Shown here in pieces: positions 18,856-28,620 of a DNA stretch of 64,000 bases. Each line of letters begins with the position of its first letter. Position 1 is the first letter of the stretch. Source of the DNA: an uncultured Chloroflexia bacterium (GTDB taxonomy: Bacteria; Chloroflexota; Limnocylindria; Limnocylindrales; CSP1-4). The notes below the pieces were generated by a model. The model had not been told where the DNA came from. It made no database searches and saw only the letters and a program-made list of their open reading frames with translations. The stretch spans positions 2,421,228 to 2,485,227 of the forward strand of contig OY970306.1 in NCBI GenBank assembly GCA_963716375.1. Direction: 5' to 3'. A program made the position numbers and the translations under genes.

Positions 18856-20316
18856 TCAGCCGCGCGTGGTGCTGTGGGCGAGGTACTCGAGGAGGTCCAG
18901 CCGGGTCACGATTCCCGCCGGATGGGCCCCCGTGACGGCGATCAGCGCCGACGTCCCGCCCGAGAGGAGCGCGAATGCCTCATCGAGTGTCGCCGTGGCA
19001 TCGACAAGGGGCAGGGGCCGCTCCATCACCTCGCCGATCGTCCGATCCACGACCGCGGGATCGCGGTAGGCGCGATCGAGGAGGCTCTTCTCGGAGACCG
19101 AGCCGACGAGCCCGGCAACGGCATCGCCGGTGGGCTGCTCCGACACGGGCATCTGGCTGATCCCGTACTCCTGGAACGTCTCGATGGCCGTGCCGACCCG
19201 ATCGGTGGTGCGGCTGACGACGAGCTGCGGTCGCTCCCCGCCGTGGTGGTCGTCGCTCAACAGCTGTGCGATCCGGATCGAGCCGCCGGTCGTCGGGAGG
19301 AGGCCGTTGATCCGCATCCACTCGTCGTTGTAGAGCTTGGACAGGTAGTTCCGGCCGCCGTCGGGGAGCAGGACGACGACGACGGCCTCGTGACCGCCGG
19401 CAGTGGTCGTCAGCTCGCGGACGAGGTCCCGCGTTGCCACGAGGGCCGTGCCGCACGACTCGCCGGCGAGAATACCCTCCTCGCGCGTCAGCCGGCGGGC
19501 CATCGCGAACGCGTCGCGGTCCGAGACGCGAACCCAGCGATCCACGGTCGCGGGATCGAAGGTGCCCGGGAAGAAGTCCTCCCCGACGCCCTCGGTCAGG
19601 TAGGGCCTCGCCGTGTCACCGGACAGGACGCTGCCCTCGGGATCGGCGCCCACCACGACGAGGTCGGGGTTCTGCGCCCGAAGGTGATGCACCGCGCCCG
19701 AGATCGTCCCGCCCGTCCCGACGCTGGCGACGAAATGGGTGATTCGGCCCTCGGTCTGCGCCCAGATCTCGGGTCCGGTCGTCCGCTCGTGGGCGAGGGT
19801 GTTCTCGAGATTCCAGTACTGGTCGGGCTTGAACGCCCCGGGGATGTCGCGCGCCAGTCGGGCCGCCACCGAGTAATAGCTTTCGGGCGATTCGGGGGGC
19901 ACGTTCGTCGGACAGAGGACGACCTCCGCGCCGTATGCCCGCAGCAGTGCCTGCTTCTCCGTGGACTGCTTGTCGGCCATGACGAAGATGCAGCGATAGC
20001 CCTTGAGCGCCGCGGCGATCGCCAGGCCGTGGCCGGTGTTGCCGCTCGTCGGCTCGATGATCGTGCCGCCGGGCCGCAGGAGGCCGGCGCGTTCGGCGGC
20101 CTCGATCATCGGCAGCCCGATCCGATCCTTGACCGAGCCGCCCGGATTGAGCATCTCGAGCTTGGCGAGCACGAGCGGCTGGCGCTCGGCCGGACCCAGG
20201 TCGCGCAGGACCCGGGTGATGCGGACGAGCGGCGTGTGACCGATCAGATCGAGGATCGAGGCGGCGTACTCCATCGCGCGGAGTATAGGGATAGCGCTCG
20301 CGCGGCTAGCGAGCAA
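18856..20316 (-). CDS. Cystathionine beta-synthase with C-terminal CBS-domain pair
   Basis: A PALP-fold protein (GGSVKDRIGLPMIE, SGNTGHGLA) plus a C-terminal CBS pair. The likely true start is MEYAASILD at about 20274. It is adjacent to the gamma-lyase, giving a reverse trans-sulfuration pair. Confidence 0.85.
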   Translation of the reverse strand: MLASRASAIPILRAMEYAASILDLIGHTPLVRITRVLRDLGPAERQPLVLAKLEMLNPGGSVKDRIGLPMIEAAERAGLLRPGGTIIEPTSGNTGHGLAIAAALKGYRCIFVMADKQSTEKQALLRAYGAEVVLCPTNVPPESPESYYSVAARLARDIPGAFKPDQYWNLENTLAHERTTGPEIWAQTEGRITHFVASVGTGGTISGAVHHLRAQNPDLVVVGADPEGSVLSGDTARPYLTEGVGEDFFPGTFDPATVDRWVRVSDRDAFAMARRLTREEGILAGESCGTALVATRDLVRELTTTAGGHEAVVVVLLPDGGRNYLSKLYNDEWMRINGLLPTTGGSIRIAQLLSDDHHGGERPQLVVSRTTDRVGTAIETFQEYGISQMPVSEQPTGDAVAGLVGSVSEKSLLDRAYRDPAVVDRTIGEVMERPLPLVDATATLDEAFALLSGGTSALIAVTGAHPAGIVTRLDLLEYLAHSTTRG

Positions 20317-20410
20317 GCGTGCCCCTGTCCCGCGCGGCTAGCGGGCAGGGGCAAGAAAGGGCCCGCCCGGCCAGCGAGCCAGCGTGCCCTGTCCCGCGCG
20401 GCCGAGGTCG
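20300..20410. repeat. Intergenic direct/inverted repeat block upstream of CBS gene
   Basis: GCTAGCGAGCAAGCGTGCCCCTGTCCCGCGCGG is repeated about 64 bp later as GCCAGCGAGCCAGCGTGCCCTGTCCCGCGCGG. An internal stem GCCCCTG...CAGGGGC is present. Confidence 0.6.
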
Positions 20411-20668
20411 ACACCCAAATCGTCACTTGCGCACGTGCGGCTCCTTGACCAGCCTCCAGGGCCGAACTGTCGTCGATTGAGCACGTCACGCTCACGCCCT
20501 CGCACGGGTGACGGGAGGACACCCGTTTCCGCCTGGTCACGGTGCGTGGCACGCTCATCCGACAGGATCGGGGCCGGGGCCAGGGCAGGGCCCAGGTCCG
20601 GGCCGCGCGGCCGGAGTCCGCGTCGCGCGGCCGGAGTCCGCGTCGCGGCAGCGCCCGCAGTCGCCGCC

Positions 20669-21691
20669 TCAGCGGCGCCTGGGCCGCTGGAGCAGGAGCC
20701 AGGTGAGGCCGCGCCATCGATGCGGTGGGGGTGGCTGGACGAGCGTGGCGGCGAGCGCGCTCACTTCGGGCGCCAGCAGCTCCTCGAATCGCTGCGTCAG
20801 CGTGCGTGCCAGGGCCAGCTCTTCGCGCGAACCCGGTTCCGGGAATGACGCGTCCGCTGCCAGCCCAAGCAGCAGTCGGGCGCTCGTCGGCACGAGGATC
20901 CGGCTCGCCAGGCGCCGGCCGAGGTAGAGCTCCTGGCTGCCGACCATCACGAACGGCACGATCGGCGCGCCTGTCCGGATCGCGATCAGGGCCGCCCCGA
21001 CTCGAAAGACGGCGAGACGGTCGGGCGGCCCGGCGACTCCACCTTCGGGGAACAGGACGAAGATGCCGCCAGCCCGCAGCACGGCAGTGGCCGACTCGAC
21101 GTGCTGGTCCACGCCGACCCCACCGCGCCAGACCGGCAGCATCCCGCCGATCCGATGCAGGAGCCATTCCTTCCAGCGCCGATCGAAGGCCGACGCCGCG
21201 CTGCCGAGGAACCAGGCCCGCGGCTCGAGCGGGAGTGCGTGGAGGACGAGGAACGGGTCGAGCCAGCCGCGGTGAATCGCTCCGACCAGGAGGTACCCGC
21301 CGGGCGGCAGCCGCTCCCGCCCGGCCGTGTCGACGCGAAGTCGGAAGACCCCGAAGAGCAGGCCGCGGGCCAGCAGTCGCAGCGCGCGAACGAGCAGGGA
21401 GGCGCGCGTCTCGGGCGTCCGGCCCAGCCAGGCGAGGCCCTCGCGAGTGTCGACCCGCTGGGCCTTCAGGGCCTCGGGCGTGAGTCGAGCCGCCTCGCGC
21501 GACCGGCGGGCGGGTTCCCCGGGCTCGCTCAGGTTGGCTCCGGGGCCGCCGGCGTGACCGGCGTCGCCGACGGTTCGGTCGCCGGAGCAGCGCCGGGCTC
21601 GGTCGCCGGAGCATCGCCGGATCGCGCGTCGCCGGAGCAGCGCCGGGCTCGGTCGCCCCGTCAGGCTCACCCACGGCTTCGTCCGCAGCAA
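20669..21691 (-). CDS. Lysophospholipid/1-acyl-glycerol-3-phosphate acyltransferase family (PlsC-like); start uncertain
   Basis: Acyltransferase motif I HRGWLD (HX4D) and motif III VLFPEGG. The listed start is a TTG. The N-terminal 80 aa look non-coding and overlap the tandem-repeat zone. Confidence 0.55.
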   Translation of the reverse strand: MLRTKPWVSLTGRPSPALLRRRAIRRCSGDRARRCSGDRTVGDAGHAGGPGANLSEPGEPARRSREAARLTPEALKAQRVDTREGLAWLGRTPETRASLLVRALRLLARGLLFGVFRLRVDTAGRERLPPGGYLLVGAIHRGWLDPFLVLHALPLEPRAWFLGSAASAFDRRWKEWLLHRIGGMLPVWRGGVGVDQHVESATAVLRAGGIFVLFPEGGVAGPPDRLAVFRVGAALIAIRTGAPIVPFVMVGSQELYLGRRLASRILVPTSARLLLGLAADASFPEPGSREELALARTLTQRFEELLAPEVSALAATLVQPPPPHRWRGLTWLLLQRPRRR

Positions 21692-22556
21692 CCGGGACGG
21701 CCGCTGGCTCCGGCGGAGGCGGCTGCCACGCGCCCGGCCGATGCCTCACGACGAGCGTGATCACGCCGAGCGACACGAACCCCATCGACACGAGCTGCGC
21801 GACGGGAATGCCGAAGAACGTCCAGTTGTCCACGCGCAACGTCTCGAGCAGGAAGCGCACGAGGCCGTACCAGATGAAGAAGATGGCCACGAGGTCACCG
21901 GGTCGCAGCCGATTGCCGTAGCGGCGGGCGATCCAGAGCAGCGTGATCGCCCCGAGGATTCCCGAGAGGGATTCGTACAGGAACAGGGGCTGGAAATGGG
22001 TGTCGGCCGGTGTCGTCCCGATCAGCCCGGTGATGGTCGAGGGGATGTCCGGGCATTCGTAGCCTGCGACGCGATGGGCACAGTCGATCGCGATGCCCCA
22101 CGGCAGCTTCGTCGGCGGGCCGTACAGCTCCTGGTTGAAGAAGTTGCCCCAGCGGGCGATGCCCTGCATCGCGAACACGGCCGGCGCAGCGATGTCGGCC
22201 CACGTCCAGAACTCGAGGTGCTTGTAGCGGGTGTAGAAATAGAGGGCGATGATCCCGGCGATCAGCCCGCCGTAGGCGCCGAGGCCCGTGTAGGGCGGCA
22301 GGACGATCCTGAGTGGATCGTCCTTGTAGAGGGCCCACTGGTCGATGACGTGGTACAGGCGGCCGCCGATCAGCGCCGCGCCGGCCACGATGATCATCCC
22401 GTTGGGGATCACGGCCTGCGGCAGCCCGCGCCGGCGAGCCTCCGAAATGATGATCCAGTAGCCCACCGCGAGACCGACCGCGTAGCCGATGCCGTACCAG
22501 TAGACCGAGATGGGGCCGAGCTGGAACAGGAGTGGGCTCGGGGTGAAGTCGATCAT
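21560..22556 (-). CDS. lgt: Prolipoprotein diacylglyceryl transferase (canonical Lgt); 3' end undefined (no in-frame stop until 20244)
   Basis: Lgt signature motifs GRLYHV and RWGNFFNQELYG, YESLSGILG, and seven TM segments. The frame continues as Arg-rich non-protein-like sequence through the whole downstream gene. This implies an indel or collapsed repeat near 21580-21650. Confidence 0.75.
21577..21657. repeat. about 25-bp tandem repeat (GGTCGCCGGAGCAGCGCCGGGCTC) x about 3.2
   Basis: Copies start at 21577, 21601 (degenerate) and 21628. The period is not a multiple of 3. It is located at the lgt 3' end / acyltransferase 5' junction. Confidence 0.8.
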
Positions 22557-22605
22557 CGCGTGCGAGTGTAGTCGGGCAGACGGCAGATCGCCGTGCGCCC
22601 GGCCG

Positions 22606-24928
22606 CTAGGGTCGGTTGCTGACCCGTTCGACGGCGGACGACGATTCGAGGAGGCCGATGGACGTGGCCCGATCGATCGCCTCGCTCCGCGACGCCGCGT
22701 CCAACTTGCGATAGATCGACTTGGCCTGCGTCTTGACGGTGTTCGTCGAGAGGAACAGGCGATCCGCGATCTCCCGGAACGAGAGGTGGGTCGCGAGGAG
22801 CGGCAGCAGGCGCAGCTCGGCCATGGTCAGCGTGGACGCGCCGAGCACGCCACCGCGCGCCGAGTCGACCCGCAGCTGCAGCTCGGCCGTCTCCTCCTCC
22901 AGGAGGCCCAGCGACGTCCGCCGCGCGGCGATCTCCCGGATCTCGCCGAGCAGGACCCGGGCCCCGCCGGCGTCCCCCATCGCGAGGAGCGCGAAGGCGA
23001 GATCGATACGCGCCCGGATGGCGAGCCACGGGAGGGCGTGGGTGAGGATCTGGCGGTGACGCTGGGCGTGCGCCGCGTCGAGGCGGGCCTGGGCAAGGCC
23101 ACCGCGATGCGCCGCCACGCGCGCCGCCAGCGCCGAGGCCGCAACGCCGGCCACCAGCTCGCCGAGGGCGCCGTCGACGACGACGGCCCGCGCGTCGCGC
23201 GCGAATCCCTCCGCCGCGAGCCAGTCCGCCCGACGGACCGCGAGCCAGCCACGATGGACGAGCGCGAGGGCGAGGGTCATCTTGCGACCGGCAGCCTGGC
23301 CGGCCTCCACGGCACGGGCGAGGGTGATGTCCCCGAGTTCCACGTCGCCGTTGAGCGCCTCGGCCACGCCGAGGATCGAGAGCGCGTCCGGCCCGATCGA
23401 CATCCCGATCGACAGGTCGGCCACGGCCGCCCGGGCGTCGTCGCGCATCGGCCCGACACCGCTCGCGCAGAGCAGCGCGCGCATGTGACCGCGCAGCCCG
23501 CGAGCAGCCCCGGGGCGCTCGGCCGTCGCCGTCGTCACCCGATCGGCCCAGCGTTCTGCGGCCCCGGAATTCCCGATGATCGCGAAGAGGATTGCCCCGA
23601 AGCAGATGACCTCGACGAGCTCCGGCAGTTCGAGATGGCGTTCGTACCACTCGTACCAGGTTCGGAGCGTCTCCACCCGGCCGGCGTCGAGCGCCTGCTC
23701 GCTGAGCTCGAGCATGAGCCGTCCGATGCGCTCCGTATCCCGGCCCGCGAACGCATATTCGAGGGCCGTCTCGGTTTCACCGGCATCCTCGTACCAGGTC
23801 GCCGCCCGGCGATAGAGCCCGGGTGCGATCTCCGGCATTGTCCGGAACAGCTCGGCGACGAGCAGCTCGCGGAGCATGCCGTGCCAGCGATAGGTTCCCC
23901 CGTGGGCGTCGAGCGGGACGAGGAACAGGTTCGATTGCTCGAGCTCGCGCAACCGCTCCGACGAGCCGCGTCGTTTCGAGAACCGCGTCGCAGAGCGCCG
24001 GCGCGAGACGGTCGAGGACCGACGTTCGAACGAAGAACTGCCTGTCGTCGTATGGCAGCCGCGCCAGGATCTCGGCCCGGAGGTAGTCGGCGACGAGGCG
24101 TCGACCGGTCACGGGGATGGCCGTCCCGTCGCCCGACGGCGATCCGGAGCGAAGGGACAGCGCGGCGAGATAGACGCCCGCGGCCCAACCCTCGGCGGCC
24201 TCGTTGACGCGGTGCGCCTCGGCGGCATCGATTCGCGCCCCGGCCATGGCCAGCACCCGCGCCGCTTCGGCGTCGTCGAGCGCGAAGTCCTCGCGTTCCA
24301 CCATGGCGAGGACGCCGGCGGCCATGAGATGCGGCACCGGCAGCAGCCGCGCGGTTCGCGTGGCGAGGGCGATCTGGGAGCCGGCCGGCAGGCCCTGGGC
24401 GAGCATGACGATCGCGTCGATCGACGCCTGGCTGGCGATCTCCGCGTCGTCGATCACCAGGATGAACGGCTGCGAGCTGGCGGCGACGAGACGGGCGACC
24501 GTTGCGAGGGCCGAGGTCCACGCGGATTCGCCGCGGACCCGGAGGTCTTCGAAGGCCTGGTCGGATGGCCCGATGACCTGGCGGAGCGCCAGCGTGAGAT
24601 AGCGGAGCAGGACTGCCGGGTCGATGTCGCGCTCGTCCAGGGTCAGCCAGGCTGCGGCACGCTCGTCGGAGCCGACCCATTCGGAAAGGGCCGTGGACTT
24701 GCCGTAGCCGGCCGGAGCGACGGCCGCCAGGAGCGGGAAGCGGCCCAGGCTCGCGAAGCGATGCTCCAGGCGCGGCCGGGCGACGAGGCCCTCGCGCCAG
24801 CGGGGCCGGTTGAGCTTCGATTCGAGGACCGGGAACCCGGCGGATAACTCGATCGAACCGATGGGCTCCTCATCGAGGATTCTTGGCATGGCAGTGGGCA
24901 CTCGCTGGTATCGTCCTCGCCCGCTCAC
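22606..24928 (-). pseudogene. LAL/MalT-like LuxR-family transcriptional regulator, split by a frameshift (N-terminal AAA ATPase part 23777-24928; C-terminal TPR + LuxR HTH part 22606-23952)
   Basis: The N-terminal part has P-loop APAGYGKST. The C-terminal part has the LuxR HTH ...LSFREIADRLFLSTNTVKTQAKSIYRKLD. The two ORFs overlap by 176 nt in frames +1 apart. The junction maps to an AAA/TTT homopolymer (cgtttcgag at about 23973). Confidence 0.6.
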
Positions 24929-25050
24929 GGGACCGCGTCAGCAGGGGACGATTGCCGAACCGGCAGAGTACGCCTCATGGGGCCGTGCTGCTCGGCGTCC
25001 GCGGCAGACCGCCGCGCCGCGTCGGTGCCGCACCGGCCCCGCGCGGCCCG

Positions 25051-26229
25051 CTAGAGCGGCGGCCGCAGGTCCTCTGTATCCGACGGATCCGCCGGATCCG
25101 CCGGATCGTCGAAGTCGCGGCCCGGACCGGGCGCCCCGGCCGGTTCGTTGAAGAGGCTCGTCAGGTCGTCCGAATCCGCGGGCGGAACCCCGCCGGGGCC
25201 CAGCGGCGTGATCGAGGTGGCAGCCGGGGCGGCGGGCGGATACGTCGGCGGGAGCGGGCTCATCACCGGCGGTGCAGATGGCGAATCGGCCGGCCCAGGC
25301 GCCGCCCCTGCCGCAGCGGCAGTCGGCCCGCCCGATCCATCGCCGGTGCCGCTCGATCCCGATGACGAGGCTGCCGCGGTCACGGCGGCCGCGCCGGCGA
25401 TGGGCGCGGCGTACGGACTCCGCCCCGGAGGTACCGTCGAGCCGCCCGTCATGGCCGGGTCGCCGCCCGTCGAACCGCCCGCAGCCGCGCCGCCCGTTCC
25501 GGCACCGCCCGCAGCTGCGCCGCCCGCCGGCGGACCACCCGCCGAACCGCCGCCCGTCGAACTACCGGAACCAGGTGGCGGCGGCGTCCGCTGTCGCACG
25601 AGGACGAGGCCGACGATGGCGGCCACGATCAGTGTCAGGACGGCCAACGGAAGGAGCGGCACCCCGGAACTGCCGGCCGGCGTGCCGGTTCCCGAGCCAC
25701 TCGCCGAAGGCGCGGCAGACGTGGTCGGTTTCGCGGTCGGCTTGGCCGTCGGCGAGGCGGTCGGGGTGGGGGTCGGACTGGCGGTGGGCTGAGCGGACCC
25801 GGACTCGCTCGGCGCCGTGCTTGCCGCCGCGGAGCCCGAGGGCTCGACCGATGCCGTCGGCTTGGCGGTCGGTTTCGCGGTCGGCTTGGCCGTCGGTTTC
25901 GCGGTCGGCTTGGCCGTCGGTTTCGCGGTCGGCTTGGCCGTCGGTCGCGGCGAGCGCGTCGGTCGCGGCGAGCGCGTCGGTCTGGCGCTCGACACGGCCG
26001 AGGAGGACGGCCCGGCGCTCTGGGAAGCCCCGCCTGTCGGCCCGGCACTCGATCCCGGGCTGCCAAGGCTGGGCCGAAGGCTGGCCAGGCCGGAGCCCAC
26101 GCCGGACGGCAGATTCGACGCTGACGGAGTCCCACCGCAGGCGGCCACGAAGATCGCGAGGATCAGGAACGCCAGCCCGAGCAGCGCGGTGTGACCACGG
26201 TTGTTTCGCATGCGATGTGAGTCTCCCAT
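25051..26229 (-). CDS. Lipoprotein with (PTAK)n and (PTRSPR) repeats, one TM helix and a Gly/Ala/Pro-rich cytoplasmic tail
   Basis: Lipobox LAIFVAAC|GG. The protein carries 8x PTAK encoded by 12/24-bp DNA tandem repeats (25855-25990), a TM segment LLPLAVLTLIVAAIVGLVLV, and a low-complexity tail. Confidence 0.6.
   Translation of the reverse strand: MGDSHRMRNNRGHTALLGLAFLILAIFVAACGGTPSASNLPSGVGSGLASLRPSLGSPGSSAGPTGGASQSAGPSSSAVSSARPTRSPRPTRSPRPTAKPTAKPTAKPTAKPTAKPTAKPTAKPTASVEPSGSAAASTAPSESGSAQPTASPTPTPTASPTAKPTAKPTTSAAPSASGSGTGTPAGSSGVPLLPLAVLTLIVAAIVGLVLVRQRTPPPPGSGSSTGGGSAGGPPAGGAAAGGAGTGGAAAGGSTGGDPAMTGGSTVPPGRSPYAAPIAGAAAVTAAASSSGSSGTGDGSGGPTAAAAGAAPGPADSPSAPPVMSPLPPTYPPAAPAATSITPLGPGGVPPADSDDLTSLFNEPAGAPGPGRDFDDPADPADPSDTEDLRPPL
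25855..25990. repeat. In-frame tandem DNA repeats (24-bp unit CTTGGCCGTCGGTTTCGCGGTCGG x about 3.5, then 18-bp unit x2) inside lipoprotein gene
   Basis: Seen directly in the sequence. The repeats encode the PTAK and PTRSPR repeats. Confidence 0.85.
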
Positions 26230-26534
26230 CCCGATCTCAGGGGTCCGATGGTGTTGGCGGCCGGCAGACTCGCGGCAGCCCCACCAGTCTGCGCCACACG
26301 CAGGCCGACTGGAACGCCGTGCCGCCTTGCTGACGCCTGGGACGGCGCTAATGGTTCGGGCGTTTCTCCGGGACGTGCCCGTGCGCCCCGGATCGTCGTT
26401 CTCGACCGTGGGCCCATCGCCGCGGGTTCACCCGCTCGGGATGAGGCACGGCGGCCGCATCGGCCGGATGCTCACGGTCTGCTGCCTCACGGCAGCCGTG
26501 ATCGGCGGGAGGCGCCGCCGATGGAGGACGACCG

Positions 26535-27089
26535 ATGCTCCGATCACGAGCGCGCGGCGTCGGCTCCCAGCCCGATCGACTCGAGCCCGCCCCCGATTCA
26601 CCGGGTGCGGCGTCCACCTACCAGGTGCGCGCCCGGATGCTCGCGATCGGCACGGACTACTGGATCGAGGATGCCGCGCGCCGGCGGACCTTCGTGATCG
26701 ATGGCCCGGCCATGCAGGCCCGTCGCATGCTCGTCATGCGGGACTCGATGGGCGTGGAGCGGTTCCGGGTTCCGATGCGCCCGACCGGCCTCCCTGATTC
26801 GTTCGCGATCGAGCATGCCGGTGACGTGGTGGCGCGCGTCGTCCGTTCGATGACCTCGCCCCTTCGCGAACAGTTCGGGGTGGATCTGGCGGCGGGCGGG
26901 TCCTGGAGCGTGGCCGGCAGCATCGGGGATCACGAATATGAGATCGACGGACCGGTGGGGCGGGTCGCGACGGTCTCGAGGCGATGGTTCCATGTCGCCG
27001 ACAGCTACGGGGTGGCCATTGCGCCCGGTGAGGATGACGCCCTTGTGCTGGCCGTCGGAATCGTCGTGGACGAACTGGTCCGCCGCTGA
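26535..27089 (+). CDS. LURP-one-related / DUF567 (tubby C-terminal-like) family protein; start uncertain (26535 or about 26636)
   Basis: ...YQVRARMLAIGTDYWIEDAARRRTFVIDG... matches the N-terminal Y.V..k..s.gddy.IeD pattern of the family. Confidence 0.45.
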   Translation: MLRSRARGVGSQPDRLEPAPDSPGAASTYQVRARMLAIGTDYWIEDAARRRTFVIDGPAMQARRMLVMRDSMGVERFRVPMRPTGLPDSFAIEHAGDVVARVVRSMTSPLREQFGVDLAAGGSWSVAGSIGDHEYEIDGPVGRVATVSRRWFHVADSYGVAIAPGEDDALVLAVGIVVDELVRR

Positions 27090-27152
27090 CGATCCCGCGG
27101 GCCGATGCCGCAACCGGATCCCGAACGGCGCGACCCGCCGAGGTCGGACGCC

Positions 27153-27578
27153 TTAGCCGCGGCGAACGACGACGCTCTTGCGCCGATCAGGCAGGGGCGC
27201 GGGAATTGCCGGCGCCGACCCGTGCTCGGGCGGCTCGCCGCTGAGTTCGAGTTCGGCCTCGATGTCGTAGCCGAGGCCGAGTGCGAGCTTGGGCGCGCCG
27301 TCCACGATCAGCGCCGAGCCCACGATGGGGGCCACGGCGATCAGCGCGTCCACGAGTTCGGTCGGGGTAGCGCCGGAAGCCAGGCCGACCGAGACGGCCC
27401 TGGCGAAGGCGGCGTGCGGCCCACCCAGGGCGACCAGTGCACCGAGCCTGACCAGCGCCGTCACGCGGGGATCCAGGCACCCCGAGACGTCCGATGCGCC
27501 GCCCGGCCCGAGAATCTGTTCGAGCAGACGGTCATCGCTGAGGGCGAGGCGTCTGAGCTTCTCTTCGTAGCCGTCCAC
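27153..27578 (-). CDS. Carboxymuconolactone decarboxylase family protein (AhpD-like core)
   Basis: A 141-aa protein with CMD-domain helices and the conserved ...GATPTELVDALIAVAPIVG... Confidence 0.65.
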   Translation of the reverse strand: MDGYEEKLRRLALSDDRLLEQILGPGGASDVSGCLDPRVTALVRLGALVALGGPHAAFARAVSVGLASGATPTELVDALIAVAPIVGSALIVDGAPKLALGLGYDIEAELELSGEPPEHGSAPAIPAPLPDRRKSVVVRRG

Positions 27579-27934
27579 CTGGTTCCTCCCGCCCCGACGC
27601 GCGGGGCGCCGCTTGTCCGTCTCGTCTCAACGCGAGCAGGCGGAGTGGTCGATCGAAGGTCGCGCCGGGCGACGGCTCGGGGCGAACCGGCCGCCCGATG
27701 CGGGCACGCATCCCGATCGGCCGGGACGCTGGGCCATCGGGGCGATGAAAGCGACACGTTGCCGCCGGGGCGGTCCCGCGGCGGCCGATCGGCAGCCGAT
27801 CCGGGTTGGTCGGCCCGGACCCGGTCGAACGTCTCGGCCGGATCCCGGGCACTGGTCGGTCGGTCAGGGCACCTCGGGATGCCGTGGCCTCCGTCCGAAG
27901 CGGGGACGGATCCGCTGGGCCAGGACCAATTCGC

Positions 27935-28426
27935 TCAGGCGAGCGCCTTGGCCTTCAGGGTCTGGTACTCGGCCTCCGTGATGGCCCCGGAAGCGCGCAG
28001 CGCCTGAAGCTTGGCGATCTCGTCGGCCGTCGAGGTCGTGGCCATCGGCGCCGTCGCCGCGCTGGCAGCCGTCGGACTGGCGCTTACGCCGCCCGGCATG
28101 GGCTCGTTCTTGAGCGAGCTCTGGCGGGAGATGATGTAGACCAGCGCGCCCAGGAACGGGAGAATCACGATCGCGATGATCCAGATCGCCTTGAGCCCGC
28201 CGCTGATGTCATGCCGCCGGATGATGTCCGCGAAGATCGCGATGAAGATCCAGATCAGCAGGAAGATGAAGTAGAAGACGATCATCCCCCAGATGACGTC
28301 CCAGAACGTCAGCGTGCTCGTGCCGACGCTGGAGCAGCCCGCGAGCAGCAGCGGCGCCGCGATGACCAGCAGCGCGAGGCCGCGCACCCACGGTGTGCGG
28401 AACGGCGCCATCAATTGAGCGACCAT
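27935..28426 (-). CDS. Membrane lipoprotein with PLD-nuclease/cardiolipin-synthase N-terminal (PLDc_N) TM domain and C-terminal SHOCT domain
   Basis: The start MVAQLMAPF was chosen; the 260-aa track ORF has a non-protein-like N-terminus. Lipobox LLLAGC|SS. The PLDc_N TM pair is FWDVIWGMIVFYFIFLLIWIFIAIFADIIRR...AIWIIAIVILPFLGALVYII. The SHOCT domain is ADEIAKLQALRASGAITEAEYQTLKAKAL. Confidence 0.65.
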   Translation of the reverse strand: MVAQLMAPFRTPWVRGLALLVIAAPLLLAGCSSVGTSTLTFWDVIWGMIVFYFIFLLIWIFIAIFADIIRRHDISGGLKAIWIIAIVILPFLGALVYIISRQSSLKNEPMPGGVSASPTAASAATAPMATTSTADEIAKLQALRASGAITEAEYQTLKAKALA

Positions 28427-28620
28427 GAAGCTTCTCCTCCAGCTGTGACCCCATCGGCTCCGAGCGGAGCGACGAACCGGGACGCGGGACGCCGTCCCAT
28501 CCAGCCGATCGTGGTCCCCGGCCGCACGGTCATCATCACCCGCACCGGATGAGGCCAGTGCCGGTCCGCGACCCGGCCCGCCGAATTCGGCCGCCGACCG
28601 AGTCCCGCCGGTGGCGCCGG

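Noticed and set aside
20244-22556. 770-aa Lgt ORF
   Set aside because: Only the first about 300 aa are Lgt-like. The remainder is Arg/Pro-rich translation of the opposite frame of a PlsC-like gene with no protein-like features. This is read-through caused by a missing stop or indel.
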